This document shows positions 26,822-38,847 of a stretch of DNA of 64,000 bases, in pieces. The notes beneath the pieces were generated by a model. That model was not told the origin of the DNA, made no database searches, and saw only the letters and a list, made by a program, of their open reading frames with translations. The stretch lies in contig NIVC01002164.1 of assembly GCA_002269645.1 (NCBI GenBank), forward strand, positions 133,553 to 197,552. The letters are read 5' to 3'. The DNA is from Macrostomum lignano. Taxonomy: Eukaryota. Every line of letters begins with the position of its first letter. The first letter of the stretch is position 1. Both the position numbers and the translations under genes were made by a program.

Positions 26822-28351
26822 AATTTGTGGGTAAGGAAAGTTTAAACAGGAACTAGCAGAAAAACTCTATGTGGTATACTTTACTTTTGGGCTTTTAGGG
26901 TGCACTCATAAAGTTCATAAAGTGAGGCCCCAGTAACTTAATGTACACAAGTTAAATGATACGTCATTCTGCATACAGTAGTTTTTAGTTTAATGCAATC
27001 GGTTTTAAAGTTGTTTCGAGTAAAACAAAATCGCTGAGTGATAATTTCTTTTATTTATTGAAACAATACTAGTGTTTTAGATTTGACGTTTTTATTTGTA
27101 TATTAGTTAACGATAGACGTTTTTTCATTAGTATTTTTATGTACGACGCAAAAACGCGCGATAAATTACCGAAAATTTGATTACCAATGTATTCAGAGAA
27201 ATAACTAAATGCTTCCGTGTGCCATGTTTTTTCAGGGCGTGTTTTGTTTCTACACCTATCTCAACCCAGCAGACTTCAACAGCTTTCATTTTTACTCAAA
27301 TAATAAACGCACATTTTTACTTCATGCAGCTGTATCATGCTGCGAGTACTGGAGTAGCTACTTAATTGTATTGATACATCATACAGCATGACAACATAGA
27401 TAGTGTAGCATTGTACGAACGTTAACATTTTATAAATAAGATAATTCTCTGCTAGATGATACAAGGGATAATAGTTTACGCATTTGGCTAAGTCTCAATT
27501 TATAGCAGAAGATAGAATAGATAGAATACTCACAGTATAGAAGATAGAATAGGCTAATAGCTAATGCAATGAAAAGATTGAGCCATTATTCTATAGTATT
27601 ATAGAATACTATACTAAGTATAGATACTAGATACTTATAGATCTTACTTTTTCAATATGAAAAAGTAATGGCTGATTGGGAAAATATTTTAGCAATTAAT
27701 AACATCATTAATTACAATATCTTCATTAAAAAAATAATTTTAGGGCTTTCAAAGCCAGAAAAATATAATATTAGCACTAAAAAAGTTTACTATTTCAAGT
27801 CCAGTTATATTTTTAAATGTAAAAAAGGTAGTTTTAATTATGTTAAGGCAATTATTTCATTAATTGAGTTTTTTGTCTCATGTTTTGCTAATATTGCTTT
27901 GCTTTATATATTAACAAAATTATATGGAATTAAAGTATCAAAATAAAATTGCTCAGATGATTGATTTTTTATAGCATTGTCTTTGCACATATATTTAATA
28001 TATATATTATTAAAGTTATTAGTTGATACCTCAAAGCTCAATACCTATAACCTTACATTTCTAAAAAATGGTTTTGTCAAGAATTATTTCAATTTTTTAA
28101 GATTTAAGATTTAGTTTCAATATACAATATGCAATATTAATTGATCTTGTGTCTTTTCCTTTCACTACCAAGTTGTGCAACAAAGCATTTTACAAATATA
28201 TATTTATTATCTTTACTCTCTCAACCAATTCCGTTTCAGCCTTGAGTTGCAAATGTTGTGACAATTGCCTCGAACCACCTGTAAAATATTTGAATATTGA
28301 TCTCCAGCAGATTAGTTCTCTACAAAAGATACGAAGGCCAGACTGCCTGCC

Positions 28352-31300
28352 ATGTCATCCAGTCGGCAGTCTTCATCTCTATTCGGCAGTGCTGCCGATC
28401 GCAATCGCCGGCTTCGCCAGCTGCAGGACAAGTTTAACGCACCTCAGCAGAACGGCTCTCTGCATCAGGCCTCAGCGCAGCAGCTGCGCCGCCCTACCGC
28501 CGCCGCCAAGACCGCCAGTCAGCCCGGGCGGCCCGTGTCCATCGTGAATCCTTTGAAACCCGCGCTGAAGGCTCAGCCAGGCGTTCCCTCGTTGGTCGCT
28601 TCCCTGCCGCAAGCGGCTGAGTCACCTGAGCAGCAGCAGCAGTCACAGCAGCCGCCGTCTCATCATTCAGTTCACTTTCTGGAGTCGCCATCGCCCGAGA
28701 AGCAGCAGCCGGCTCCGCCGCAGGCGCAAAAGCTCGAGCCGATGTTCCCGTTCGCCACGTACCTCGGCCCGGTGAGCGGCCCTCCTACAAGTTCCGCTGA
28801 GGCCAAAAACAGCCGCCCGCGCCAGCAGGTTGTCGGCAGGATGGGCGTCGGCGGCGTCCGGTACCCGCCGGCCGCAGTCGCCGCTGCAGACGATCGCGGC
28901 AGCCCCGTCAAAACCGCTGCGGACGTTGCCGCCGGTCCCTCCGAGTACGCCAACTCGACGGTGGTGACAGCTGCGTCGGTTGCAGAGCCGGTGCGCCGCC
29001 GATCGAGACTTCGCTCGCCTCCACCGCCGGAGCAGCCGCAACAACAGCAGCAGCAGCTTCAACAACAACAGCAAAAACAACATCAACAACAACAACAACA
29101 ACCAAAACAACAGCAAAAACAACAACAACAGCAGCAGCAACAGCAGCAGCAACAGCAGCAGCAACAGCAGCAACAACAGCAGCAACAACAGCAACAACAT
29201 CAGCAACAACAGCAGCAACAGTATTATCAGCCCGAACCGCAGCCTGCTCCGCCTCTGCCGCAACCGTCGCCGCGAATTCGAAGTCCACGACCGCCAACTC
29301 CGCAATTATCGTCGTCTCCCTCGCCTCCGCCGCCGACTCCGCCGCTGTCGCAGCCAGCTCGCCCGCCTGATCGGCCGGCCCGCCGGGCGGCGGCGCGGAA
29401 GCCGCGCGGCAGAGCGGCGGCCTCCCAGCCGGAGCCTCAGCCGCAAGCAGATCCGGAGAGCGCCAACCGCAAGCAGCACGCTGACGATGTTGTCCGCGAG
29501 CTGATCTCCATGGACCGGGTGATCAGCAATGTTGACGAAGATCTCGGCTGCATCGACAGCACCATCGGCCGCATGACCAGCAAGACTCTGTCAATGACGG
29601 CCGCCGCGGCAGCCGGTGACAATCAAGGGGATGATGACTATTCTGGCCGCGACTTTGCCGCTTCTGTCGTCAACGAGTCTCTGGGCGACGCTCAAGTTCA
29701 AACGGAGCCAGTTGCTGCTTCTAGAAAGCAACAGAGAAAAAATTCTTCCAGCAGTAGCAGCAGCAGCTCCTCTAGCAGTAGTAGCAGCAGCAGCTCCAGC
29801 TCTTCTAGTAGCAGCAGCAGCAGCCGCAAGAAGAAAAAGTCCAAAGCAGCCGTGCCATTTCGCTCCTACGCATCTTCTGTTGAGCCGGCGGAGTCGGTAG
29901 CCAGGCAGCAGCGCAAGTCGCGCCGCCCGGAGTCGCCGATCTACGCCAATCTGGCGCCTCCTTTGCCCACTGGCGCGGAGGCTTGGCGTGGCGCCGGCGC
30001 GGTGCCTGGGCAGCTGCACGAGCAGCGCCAGCGGGGATCCAAGAATCGGGTAAGTTGCTCAGGGCGCTCTTTTCTATCTCATTTAAATACTATTTTTCTG
30101 AAATTCTGACTCTTTGCTCTCTTTTTTTTGACTCTCCTCGCTCTCTTTTTCTGACTCTTCTTGCTCTCTTTTTCTGACTCTCCTTGCTCTCTTTTTCTGA
30201 CTCTCCTCGCTCTCTTTCTGACTCTCCTTGCTCTCTTTTTCTGACTCTCTGACTCTCCTCGCCCTCTTTCTGACTCTCCTCGCTCTCTTTCTGACTCTCC
30301 TCGCTCTCTTTCTGACTCTCCTCGCTCTCTTTCTGACTCTCCTCGCTCTCTTTCTGACTCTCCTTGCTCTCTCTTTCTGACTCTCCTTGCTCTCTTTTTC
30401 TGACTCTCTGACTCTCCTCGCCCTCTTTCTGACTCTCCTCGCTCTCTTTCTGACTCTCCTCGCTCTCTTTCTGACTCTCCTCGCTCTCTTTCTGACTCTC
30501 CTCGCTCTCTTTCTGACTCTCCTTGCTCTCTCTTTCTGACTCTCCTTGCTCTCTTTTTCTGACTCTCTGACTCTCCTCGCCCTCTTTCTGACTCTCCTCG
30601 CTCTCTTTCTGACTCTCCTCGCTCTCTTTTTCTGACTCTCCGTGCTCTCTTTCTGACTCTCCTCGCTCTCTTTCTGACTCTCCCTGCTCTCTTTCTGACT
30701 CTCTCTAGCTACTTTTCTGCCAATTGTATTGAAACCGCATTTTTCGTTTTTAAATAGCATTTTTGCATAATGTTTGCGCAGAGCCCAACTGCCTTATTAA
30801 ACATATTGCAGTAAAGAATTCCTGTCAAGTGGGCACGGGTTCAATAGCTATTCATTATGAAGGGAAGGCCTTCGTCAGTCAGCCAGAAAGCGCTGCGCAG
30901 TTTTTTTAACAGCATTCCTGCATTCTAATTGCGCGGTTGCGTGCTTATTTGTATGGCTCTGCCTGCAGGATTTGTTGCTAGGGGCGATCGGGTCTCGAAT
31001 GTCAGTTGCAACTATCAACTAAATTATTGCATATTTTCAAAAATTTGCAGAATCCCGCCGAGTCTCGCCGATCCCGGCACGCTTCCGCTGATCCGCTGAT
31101 TGCGTCATCACAGCTGGCGCCACCGGCTGAACCGCGGCGCCACAGGTCCGCAACCCCGGACTCGAGCCGGGCGCGCCACTTGCCTGGCAAGGTCAGTTTG
31201 ATGCTGCGTGTCTCACCTGTATATCCTGCATCTATTCTCACCTGTATATCCTGCATCTATTCCACCTGTATATCCTGCATCTATTCCACCTGTATATCCT

Positions 31301-34300
31301 GCATCTATTCTCATCTGTATATCCTGCATCTATTCTCACCTGTATATCCTGCATCTATTCTCACCTGTATATCCTGCATCTATTCTCACCTGTATACCAT
31401 GCATCTATTCTCACCTGTATATCCTGCATCTATTCTCTTCTGTATATCCTACATCTATTCTCACCTGTATATCCTGCATCTATTCTCACCTGTATACCAT
31501 GCATCTATTCTCACCTGTATATCCTGCATCTATTCTCACCTGTATACCATGCATCTATTCTCACCTGTATATCCTGCATCTATTCTCACCTGTATACCAT
31601 GCATCTATTCTCACCTGTATATCCTGCATCTATTCTCACCTGTATACCATGCATCTATTCTCACCTGTATATCCTGCATCTATTCTCACCTGTATATCCT
31701 GCATCTATTCTCACCTGTATATCCTGCATCTATTCTCACCTGTATATCCTGCCTGTGTATGAGTGCGTGCCTTCGAAAAATCGAATTCAACTGTGATTTT
31801 CGCCCAGGTCGCCGACTTCCCTCAAGGCCCTGACGCCGACCACGCCGCAGATGTCTACCGAAGGCACCGACGAAGTCGTCATCGCGGCGAATCGGACGAG
31901 CCGGCATCCGCATCGGCCTCCGTCTCGCTGGACTTTGACGACGAAGTTGAAAGCGAAGCCGCCTCGAACGGCCGCCGCAACAACAGCCGGCAGCGGCAGC
32001 AGGCTCCCATCTACCTCAACATGTCGTACGAGAGCGACTCCTCCCGCGCCAACTCCAGCGCCACCTACCGCAGGCAGAGCCGGCAGCAGTCCGGCAGCCA
32101 TCGCCGGCATCCGGCCGCTGTCGCGGCAGCGTCGCGCGGCAGCTCGCTGGCTCGGGCGGTGCGCCAGCAGCAGACCCGGTCGGCCGACCTCACCGGCTTC
32201 GAGGAGGATGGCGACGACAGCGCGGCGGCCGGCTGGGACTCGCGGCGCCAGGAGAGCCAGTACGCCAACCTGGCTAGCCTGGCTCGCGCCCGCAGCCTCG
32301 ACCACCTGCGCGTCGCCGCGTCGTCCGCTCAAAGCAGCAGCTCGTCGGTTGTCGGCTCGGTGTCGCCGATGCTCGGGCCGGCTGGGAGCTCCGCTTCGCT
32401 GCACCTGGCCGCCAGAGACACGGACGAGCTGGCCGGCATGCTGGAGCGCTATCTTCGACGGCGTCGCGACGAGAAGATCGGCCGCCTGATGCGCGCCCTG
32501 GCCAAGCACGACCCGGCCAAGTACGCCCGGCTCATGTCGCGCTACGCCGACGTCATCGGGGGCGGCGTGGTTGCCGAGCAGCGGCTGCCGGCCTGGGGAC
32601 GCGCCACCGCCGCCGCTCCTGTCGCCTCCCTTCGACGGTCGGTCAATCTGGACGCAGACGTTGATGATGATGAGGTAGAGAGGCTGCAGTTGGAGCCGGG
32701 CATTGTGTACCTGCCAGTGCCGCTGGTTAACAATGACGGTCGTCGGATTGACGACAACTCGTTGGCCGTTGTCAGGGACGCTCCCGGTGGCGTCGCTATG
32801 GAGCAGGTGGGGATTGAACTGCTGTTGCATTGGGGAGACAGGAGATAGGGAGACAGGAGATGGAGAGACAGGGGATGGTGAGACAGGGGATGGAGAGACA
32901 GGGGATGGAGAGACAGGGGATGGGGAGACAGGGGATGGGGAGACAGGGGATGGGGAGACAGGGGATGGAGAGACAGGGGATGGGGAGACAGGGGATGGAG
33001 AGACAGGGGATGGAGAGAGAATCTGAGCGAAAGCTGTGGGTGAGTGGGAAAGGTGAAAATGGAGCGATGGAGAGTAAAGAAGGGAGTGAGAAAGAGAAGA
33101 GAGATTTCCTTGGCCCGCCTCATGGACAATAAAAATCACAACTTCCCTGTAGCCTACTGACAGTAGTAGCATGCGCAACTTGCTGGGCTTCCCCGCAGGC
33201 TCGCCAGATCATGTGGGACGCCAGCGAGCCGGAGGCCGCGCTGCCTTATACCATATCCGGCCCGGCCCCGGAGCCGGAGCCGCCAACGCCGCTGCCGGCG
33301 AAACTCTCCTCCGCCGGTGCCTCCGCCTGGCGCCATGTGGACACTCGGGTGCAGGACTTCATCGACAAATCGCCGCCGACTCTGGGCAGCTTCTCCGGCC
33401 TCGTTGGCCGCCTCTGCTCGCCTTGCCGCACCGAGACGGAGCGCTGCCGGGCGCTGTTCGTCTATCTCACCTGCCACTCGGCCGACAGCTTCGGCCGGCC
33501 TGTGCTCTACGACAGCCGGGCGCCGGCGTCCACGCTGGTGGGCTGGCTGCGCCGGCTCGGCCGCGGGGCCGCCTGCCCGCACGAGCTGTTCGCCCTGCTG
33601 TGCAGCCGCGCCGGCCTGCACTGCCAGCTTATCGCCGGCTACTCCAAGGGCGCCAGCTACCTGCCCGGCGCCAATCCGGCTGCCGCTGCCGGGTCCAGAT
33701 TTCGCAACACCTGGACTGCTGTGCACCTGGACGGAGCCTGGCGGTTTGTCAACGTAGCCTGGGGCGCCTGGCCAAGGCGGGCCGCCGCTGGAGCCGCCGC
33801 TGGAGCCGCCACCCCCGCCGGTCCGGACGAGTTTTTCTTCCTAACGGACCCGTGGCAGCACCTGCACCTGCACCTGCCTGACGACAAGCGCTGGCAGCTG
33901 CTGCGCGACCCCGTCGCCATGGCGGCGTTCGTCCGGATGCCGCTGCTCAGGTCGCCGTTTTTTAACGCGGGACTGCGGCTGCTGGACTGGCGCTCCGACC
34001 GGCTGGAGGCCGACTCCGACACGGGGCTGGCCAGCGCCGTCGTCTCGTTGCCCGTCGGAGCCGCCGATGGCCTCCGGGCGGCCTGTCAGCTGACGGCCTG
34101 GGAGGCGCCGGAGACGCCGCTGTCAGGCGGCGCTGTGGCCTGCCTGCTGGGCGGCGGGGGCGGCGGTGTGGCGCCTACCCTGCGACTGATGGCACGACCG
34201 CCCAGGGCCGGGCGGTTCTTGCTGAGCCTGTTCGTCGGCCAGAGGGTGAGCGAGAGCGAGAATGCAATTGTGGGGATGCGAAATTTTATAAGGATATGAG

Positions 34301-36189
34301 AATCGAGAGAATGATAAGTGAGAATCATGAGAGTGAGAAATTAGAATAATGAGATTGAGAAATGAGAATCATGAGAATGAGAATTATGAGAATGAGAATC
34401 ATGAGAATAAGAATCAGGAGAATAAGAGTCATGAGAATAAAAAATGAGAATCATGAGAAAAAAAAATGAGAATCATGAGAATGAGAAATGAGAATCATGA
34501 GAATGAGAAATGAGAATGAGATATGAGAGTCATGCGAATGAGAAATGAGAGTCATGAGAATGAAAAATGAGAGTCATGAGGATGTGAGTCGAAGAGCCAC
34601 CCACAGAAGGCTTTTCCTAAAAAGCGGCATTCCAATTTCTATTAAATTTGTTTGCCCCCAGGAGAAGCAGCAACAGCTGCTCGCCGCCACTCTGCTGGTG
34701 AACTGCGCCCAGCAGCCGTCGACCCGTCGCACCCCGGCGTCGCCGTTCCCGCCGGACCCCGCCAGTCAGCCCATCGGCGAGACGCCCGCCGCCGCCCGCC
34801 TCGGCGTCGGGTTTCCCGGCGCGGACCCCCTGCTGCGGCATCAGCCGGGCGGCGAGCCGCCCCATCAGCGACTGCCGCTGACGCTGCTGGCGCCCGCCGA
34901 AGCCGGCTCCGGCCTCCGCATCGCGCACACCCTGACCAGATACGCGCCTGGCGCGGCGGAGAGATGCGACTCCTACGCGCTGCTGCAGGGCGGGCGCGAG
35001 TACTGGCTGGCCTGTCCGCAGACCGGGGGCTCGGGCGCTGCCGCCTGCCTGCTGTTGGTGAGTGACCGCTAAGTGCCGTTGGATGAATCACTAACAGATG
35101 TTTTTTTTAATTGGCTCAAAGATTCACGCTTAAATTGAATGAGTCACACTCGTCTATGTGAATGAGTCACACTCGTCTCTGTGGATGAGTCACACTCGTC
35201 TATGTGAATGAGTCACACTCGTCTCTGTGGATGAGTCACACTCGTCTCTGTGAATGAGTCACACTCGTCTCTGTGAATGAGTCACACTCGTCTCTGTGAA
35301 TGAGTCACACTCGTCTCTGTGAATGAGTTACACTCGTCTCTGTGAATGAGTCACACTCGTCTCTGTGAATGAGTCACACTCGTCTCTGTGAATGAGTCAC
35401 ACTCGTCTCTGTGAATGAGTCACACTCGTCTCTGTGAATGAGTCACACTCGTCTCTGTGAATGAGTCACACTCGTCTCTGTGGATGAGTCACACTAGTCT
35501 CTGTGAATAAGTCACAATCGTCTCTGTGAATGAGTCACACTCGTCTCTGTGAATGAGTCACACTCGTCTCTGTGGATGAGTCAAACTCGTCTCTGTAAAT
35601 GAGTCACACTCGTCTCTGTGAATGAGTCACACTCGTCTCTGTGGATGAGTCACACTCGTCTCTGTGAATGAGTCACACTCGTCTCTGTGGATGAGTCACA
35701 CTCGTCTCTGTGAATGAGTCACATTCAAAGTTACGCGGCCGCTCTCTCCAGGTGTACGCGGGCCGCCAAGCCGACCCCGAGCTGTCCTGCGTCTATCGTT
35801 GCGTCCTGCTGGCCTCGGAGTCGCCGCCGTCCGCACCGCCGCCGGAGCCGTTCCCGCTGCAGACCAGCCTGTTCTGCGGCTGCCGCCTGGTGGAGCCGCT
35901 CGCCCAGTGCCTGCCAGCCGGTCGGACTCACGCGTTCCGCCTCGAGGCGCCCGGATTCCGGGCGCTGTCGCTGGTGCTGAACGACGGCGCCGCCTGGTTT
36001 GACATGCGCCGGCGCCGCGGCGCCAACGGAAGCGAGCAGTGGTCGAAGCGGCTGCGACTCGCCGCCGCCGGGGCCGCCGACGCCGCCGTCAGTCTGGCCG
36101 TGTACGGGCAGCCAGCTGGCGACAGGGAGGGCCGCTTCTGCAAGCTGCTGGACTTTGATATCGTGGCCGGCGCGAAGGCTAAGGCTTGA
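28352..36189 (+). CDS. Hillarin / kyphoscoliosis-peptidase-like transglutaminase-fold protein with a long polyQ/S low-complexity N-terminus, ~1572 aa
   Basis: Exons 28352-30049, 31051-31191, 31808-32806, 33199-34245, 34662-35057, 35752-36189 (all phase 0, GT-AG). Core ELFALLCSRAGLHCQLIAGYSKG..FRNTWTAVHLDGAWRFVNVAWG..DEFFFLTDP..HLP..WQLL..LRSPFFNAGL matches the hillarin/KY family; beta-rich C-terminal repeats. Linkage of the three low-complexity 5' exons is inferred from splice sites and phase. Confidence 0.8.
30105..30705. repeat. Intronic CT-rich minisatellite (~21 bp)
   Basis: (ctgactctcctcgctctcttt)n. Confidence 0.95.
31210..31752. repeat. Intronic minisatellite, 25-bp unit
   Basis: (atcctgcatctattctcacctgtat)n. 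Confidence 0.95.
32833..33015. repeat. Intronic G-rich minisatellite, 15-bp unit
   Basis: (ggggatgg[ga]gagaca)n. Confidence 0.92.
34295..34580. repeat. Intronic degenerate ATGAGA-based repeat
   Basis: atgagaatc / atgagaa units. Confidence 0.85.
35135..35722. repeat. Intronic minisatellite, 23-bp unit containing TGAGTCA
   Basis: (gtgaatgagtcacactcgtctct)n. Confidence 0.95.
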
Positions 36190-37974
36190 CTCATCTGAGA
36201 TTGCTTAGATTGTGTCCAAGTGCTTAGTAGCCATGCCACAGCGGTAACCCTGGCGACGACCTAACCCTGGCCTAACCTAAATTTTGGCGGTAATTTTTGT
36301 CGAGTCTCCCAATAAAAACGCCTTAATTAAGACAGCCCGCCGTCCAGTGGTGCTTTTATCGGGATACCCCTCATGGGGCGATGTATTTATAGTGGGTGTT
36401 CTTCTGGTGGGAAGGCAATTAGAGAGTGGGCTGGCTGCATGGATTAATCATTCTTATCAATGTACACTCTGGATAGCCCGATACACGTAGATATCGATAA
36501 TGTACATTCCTTAGCCTAGCCAGAGGCAGGAGAGAGGGTGACCTTTGGAATCACCCGGTCGTTACTAGTGGCAACACGCTCAGGGGAAGTCACGTGACAG
36601 CTGCTTCTAATCAGACCGATTTTTGCAGTACTGAAGTGAGATAAATTGCTTGAGTGATGACCTACATGTACATTCAACTGGTTTGGTTGTTTAAATTTCG
36701 GCAGGGCAGTAAACAGTAGTGATGTTGCACTTATTATCATGTATTTGGATTCGCTGATTATCAATATAATTTTAACTGCCTGTATCTGTGGAGTCTCCGT
36801 TGTTAATATTCATTCCATTTCGACAGTAGTTTTTGTCCGACTGTACATATAGCGTTCGCCATGCATTCCAATATACAACCTACATACACAAGTCTATCTG
36901 CCGGCTTTACACTTCTCGGATTGAAAAAAGCTTTACTTTTACGCTCTGTGCTCGCATATCAGTTTTCTATTTTTCTGTAATTTTCTCTTTCCAATAACTT
37001 TGTCATGACAACTTTAGATGGAAAAATAGGAGAATTCTCTACAGAAGTTGCATGCTGTACTTTATTTAATATTAGCATATACACGGAATGTACAGATGCA
37101 TGTCTCCCCTTTGTCCCGAATGTACTCAAGCTGCAATTTCTATAACTCCTACGAACTGCATACCTGTCTGTTTTTACTAAACAAATAAAATACGGGCTTG
37201 ATATAGCAATTTCTCTCTGAATTAAAAAATTGCTACTGAAATTGTGCTACTGATATTAGCCAAACCGCGCCCGAACGCTTATGCTAACCTGATATTTTAT
37301 TAATCTCGCCCCCCGAGGGACGGCAGGACAGACTCCATGGTTATGACCAAACAGCAAGAAAATGAGGATCAAAGCCGAACCGGGTGGCATTTTGCTCTGG
37401 TTGGCAGCATAGCAAAGTGGCTCTTTTATCTGCTTTGTTTTAGATTATTATTAAGAATATAGTAATTATATAAAAATTCACAAATGTAAATAGCTGAATA
37501 ATACTCAGATACAAACAGGCCTATGCATATAAAGTAATATTTCATATTACTATTCACAGTAGCATGCAAGCAGATTTGCGGCGAGCGGCTGAGGATTGAA
37601 AAGCTATTTCAAAGCTAATCATGCAGGGTGCAATAAAAGTACAAATAGAGGTGGCAGGTCCAGCACTGGTTAGCACAGACTGCAGCCAAGTGCAGGCTTA
37701 GCAAGCAGATATGAATTAAATTGTGAAAACCAACGTTAAGTTTGTATTAATCAAAACAATTCACGGGTTTTATTTGAACCAAATACAACCCGTGAATTGT
37801 GAAACCCGTGAAAAACACTTGTGAACCAAACGGTTACGAAATTCTCACTTTATTAACACGTCTAAAATTTCAGAAAATATCTGAAGTATTGATTCTTTTT
37901 TTAATACTAATGTTCAAGGGACTGGCACAAGTGCTACAACAACAACTAAAAATAGCTACTAGCCAATAAAACTG

Positions 37975-38190
37975 AGGTTGCACCCAAGGTCAAATAGAGC
38001 TGCCAGCCAATAAAACGAGTTGAAGGGAGCCCAAGGTCAAATTAAGCTGCCTGCCAATGAAATGAGTCGAAGGGAGTCCCCAAGGTCTAATTAAACTGCC
38101 AGCCAATGAAATGAGTCGATGGGAGTCCCCAAGGTCTAATTAAACTGCCAGCCAATGAAATGAGTCGATGGGAATTCCAAGGTCAAGTGA
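37975..38190. repeat. Short tandem array, ~47-bp unit
   Basis: About five copies of ccaaggtc(a/t)aatt..gctgccagccaatgaaatgagtcga.gggag. Confidence 0.75.
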
Positions 38191-38847
38191 CTCGAAAAGA
38201 GCCGTCAGCTAATAGAGAGTTCTAGAAAAGAATCTAATTGAAGTTGGTTTCCATGAAAATCCGTACTTTTTCTGAGCGCTCAGCATTGAACTGCGGCAAC
38301 ATTCCTTTATATAATAAAATCAATAACACTAAGGAAGTTTAAAACAGAGTATTCGTTTATTATATAACAGATACGCATATTTGCATACGAGGTGCGGCAC
38401 AAGGCGACGTGGTAAAACGGGTTACGAGCTAAGCTTAGTGAGTAAAAGCGTTAGTAAGATAAACTATTTATGTACTAAATTCAAATAGCAAATTCAGTGA
38501 ATGTTATGCAGCTTCACCACAATTCAGCTATTTATAAGGTTAACTGACAAATATAGGGAAGTACAGAATTATTAATTAAAATATAACGCGGCTAGGTTTT
38601 CAGCAAGGCAAAGAACTGTGAAGCGCAGTAAAACAAGCAATACTTGCTAGCGATTACTTGTAATCCAATTTAGATTCTCTATCAGTTTTAGCGGTTACAA
38701 CACAACCAACTCAAAAATTGATGTAATAAGCAACTCTCTTGTCTAACCAGGTAAGGCAAAGCCGTGCAAATTAAAAATGGGCAGAAGTCAACGGATTTCA
38801 GCGCATCCGATTGCAACCTAAACAAAGTTTACAGGCGCCTGGCCGCT

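Noticed and set aside
24701-26941. TTAA-flanked piggyBac termini (TTAA|CCATTAGG at 24701; TTAA at 26938)
   Set aside because: The two ends are not convincing inverted repeats, so the element boundaries are left undefined.
27668-27946. 92-aa AT-rich ORF
   Set aside because: Lies in the CpG-depleted patch, has I/K/F/Y-biased composition, and shows no splice or homology support.
28494-36239. Many overlapping and antisense ORFs on the GC-rich exons
   Set aside because: Shadow ORFs caused by high GC3 and triplet repeats; no independent motifs.
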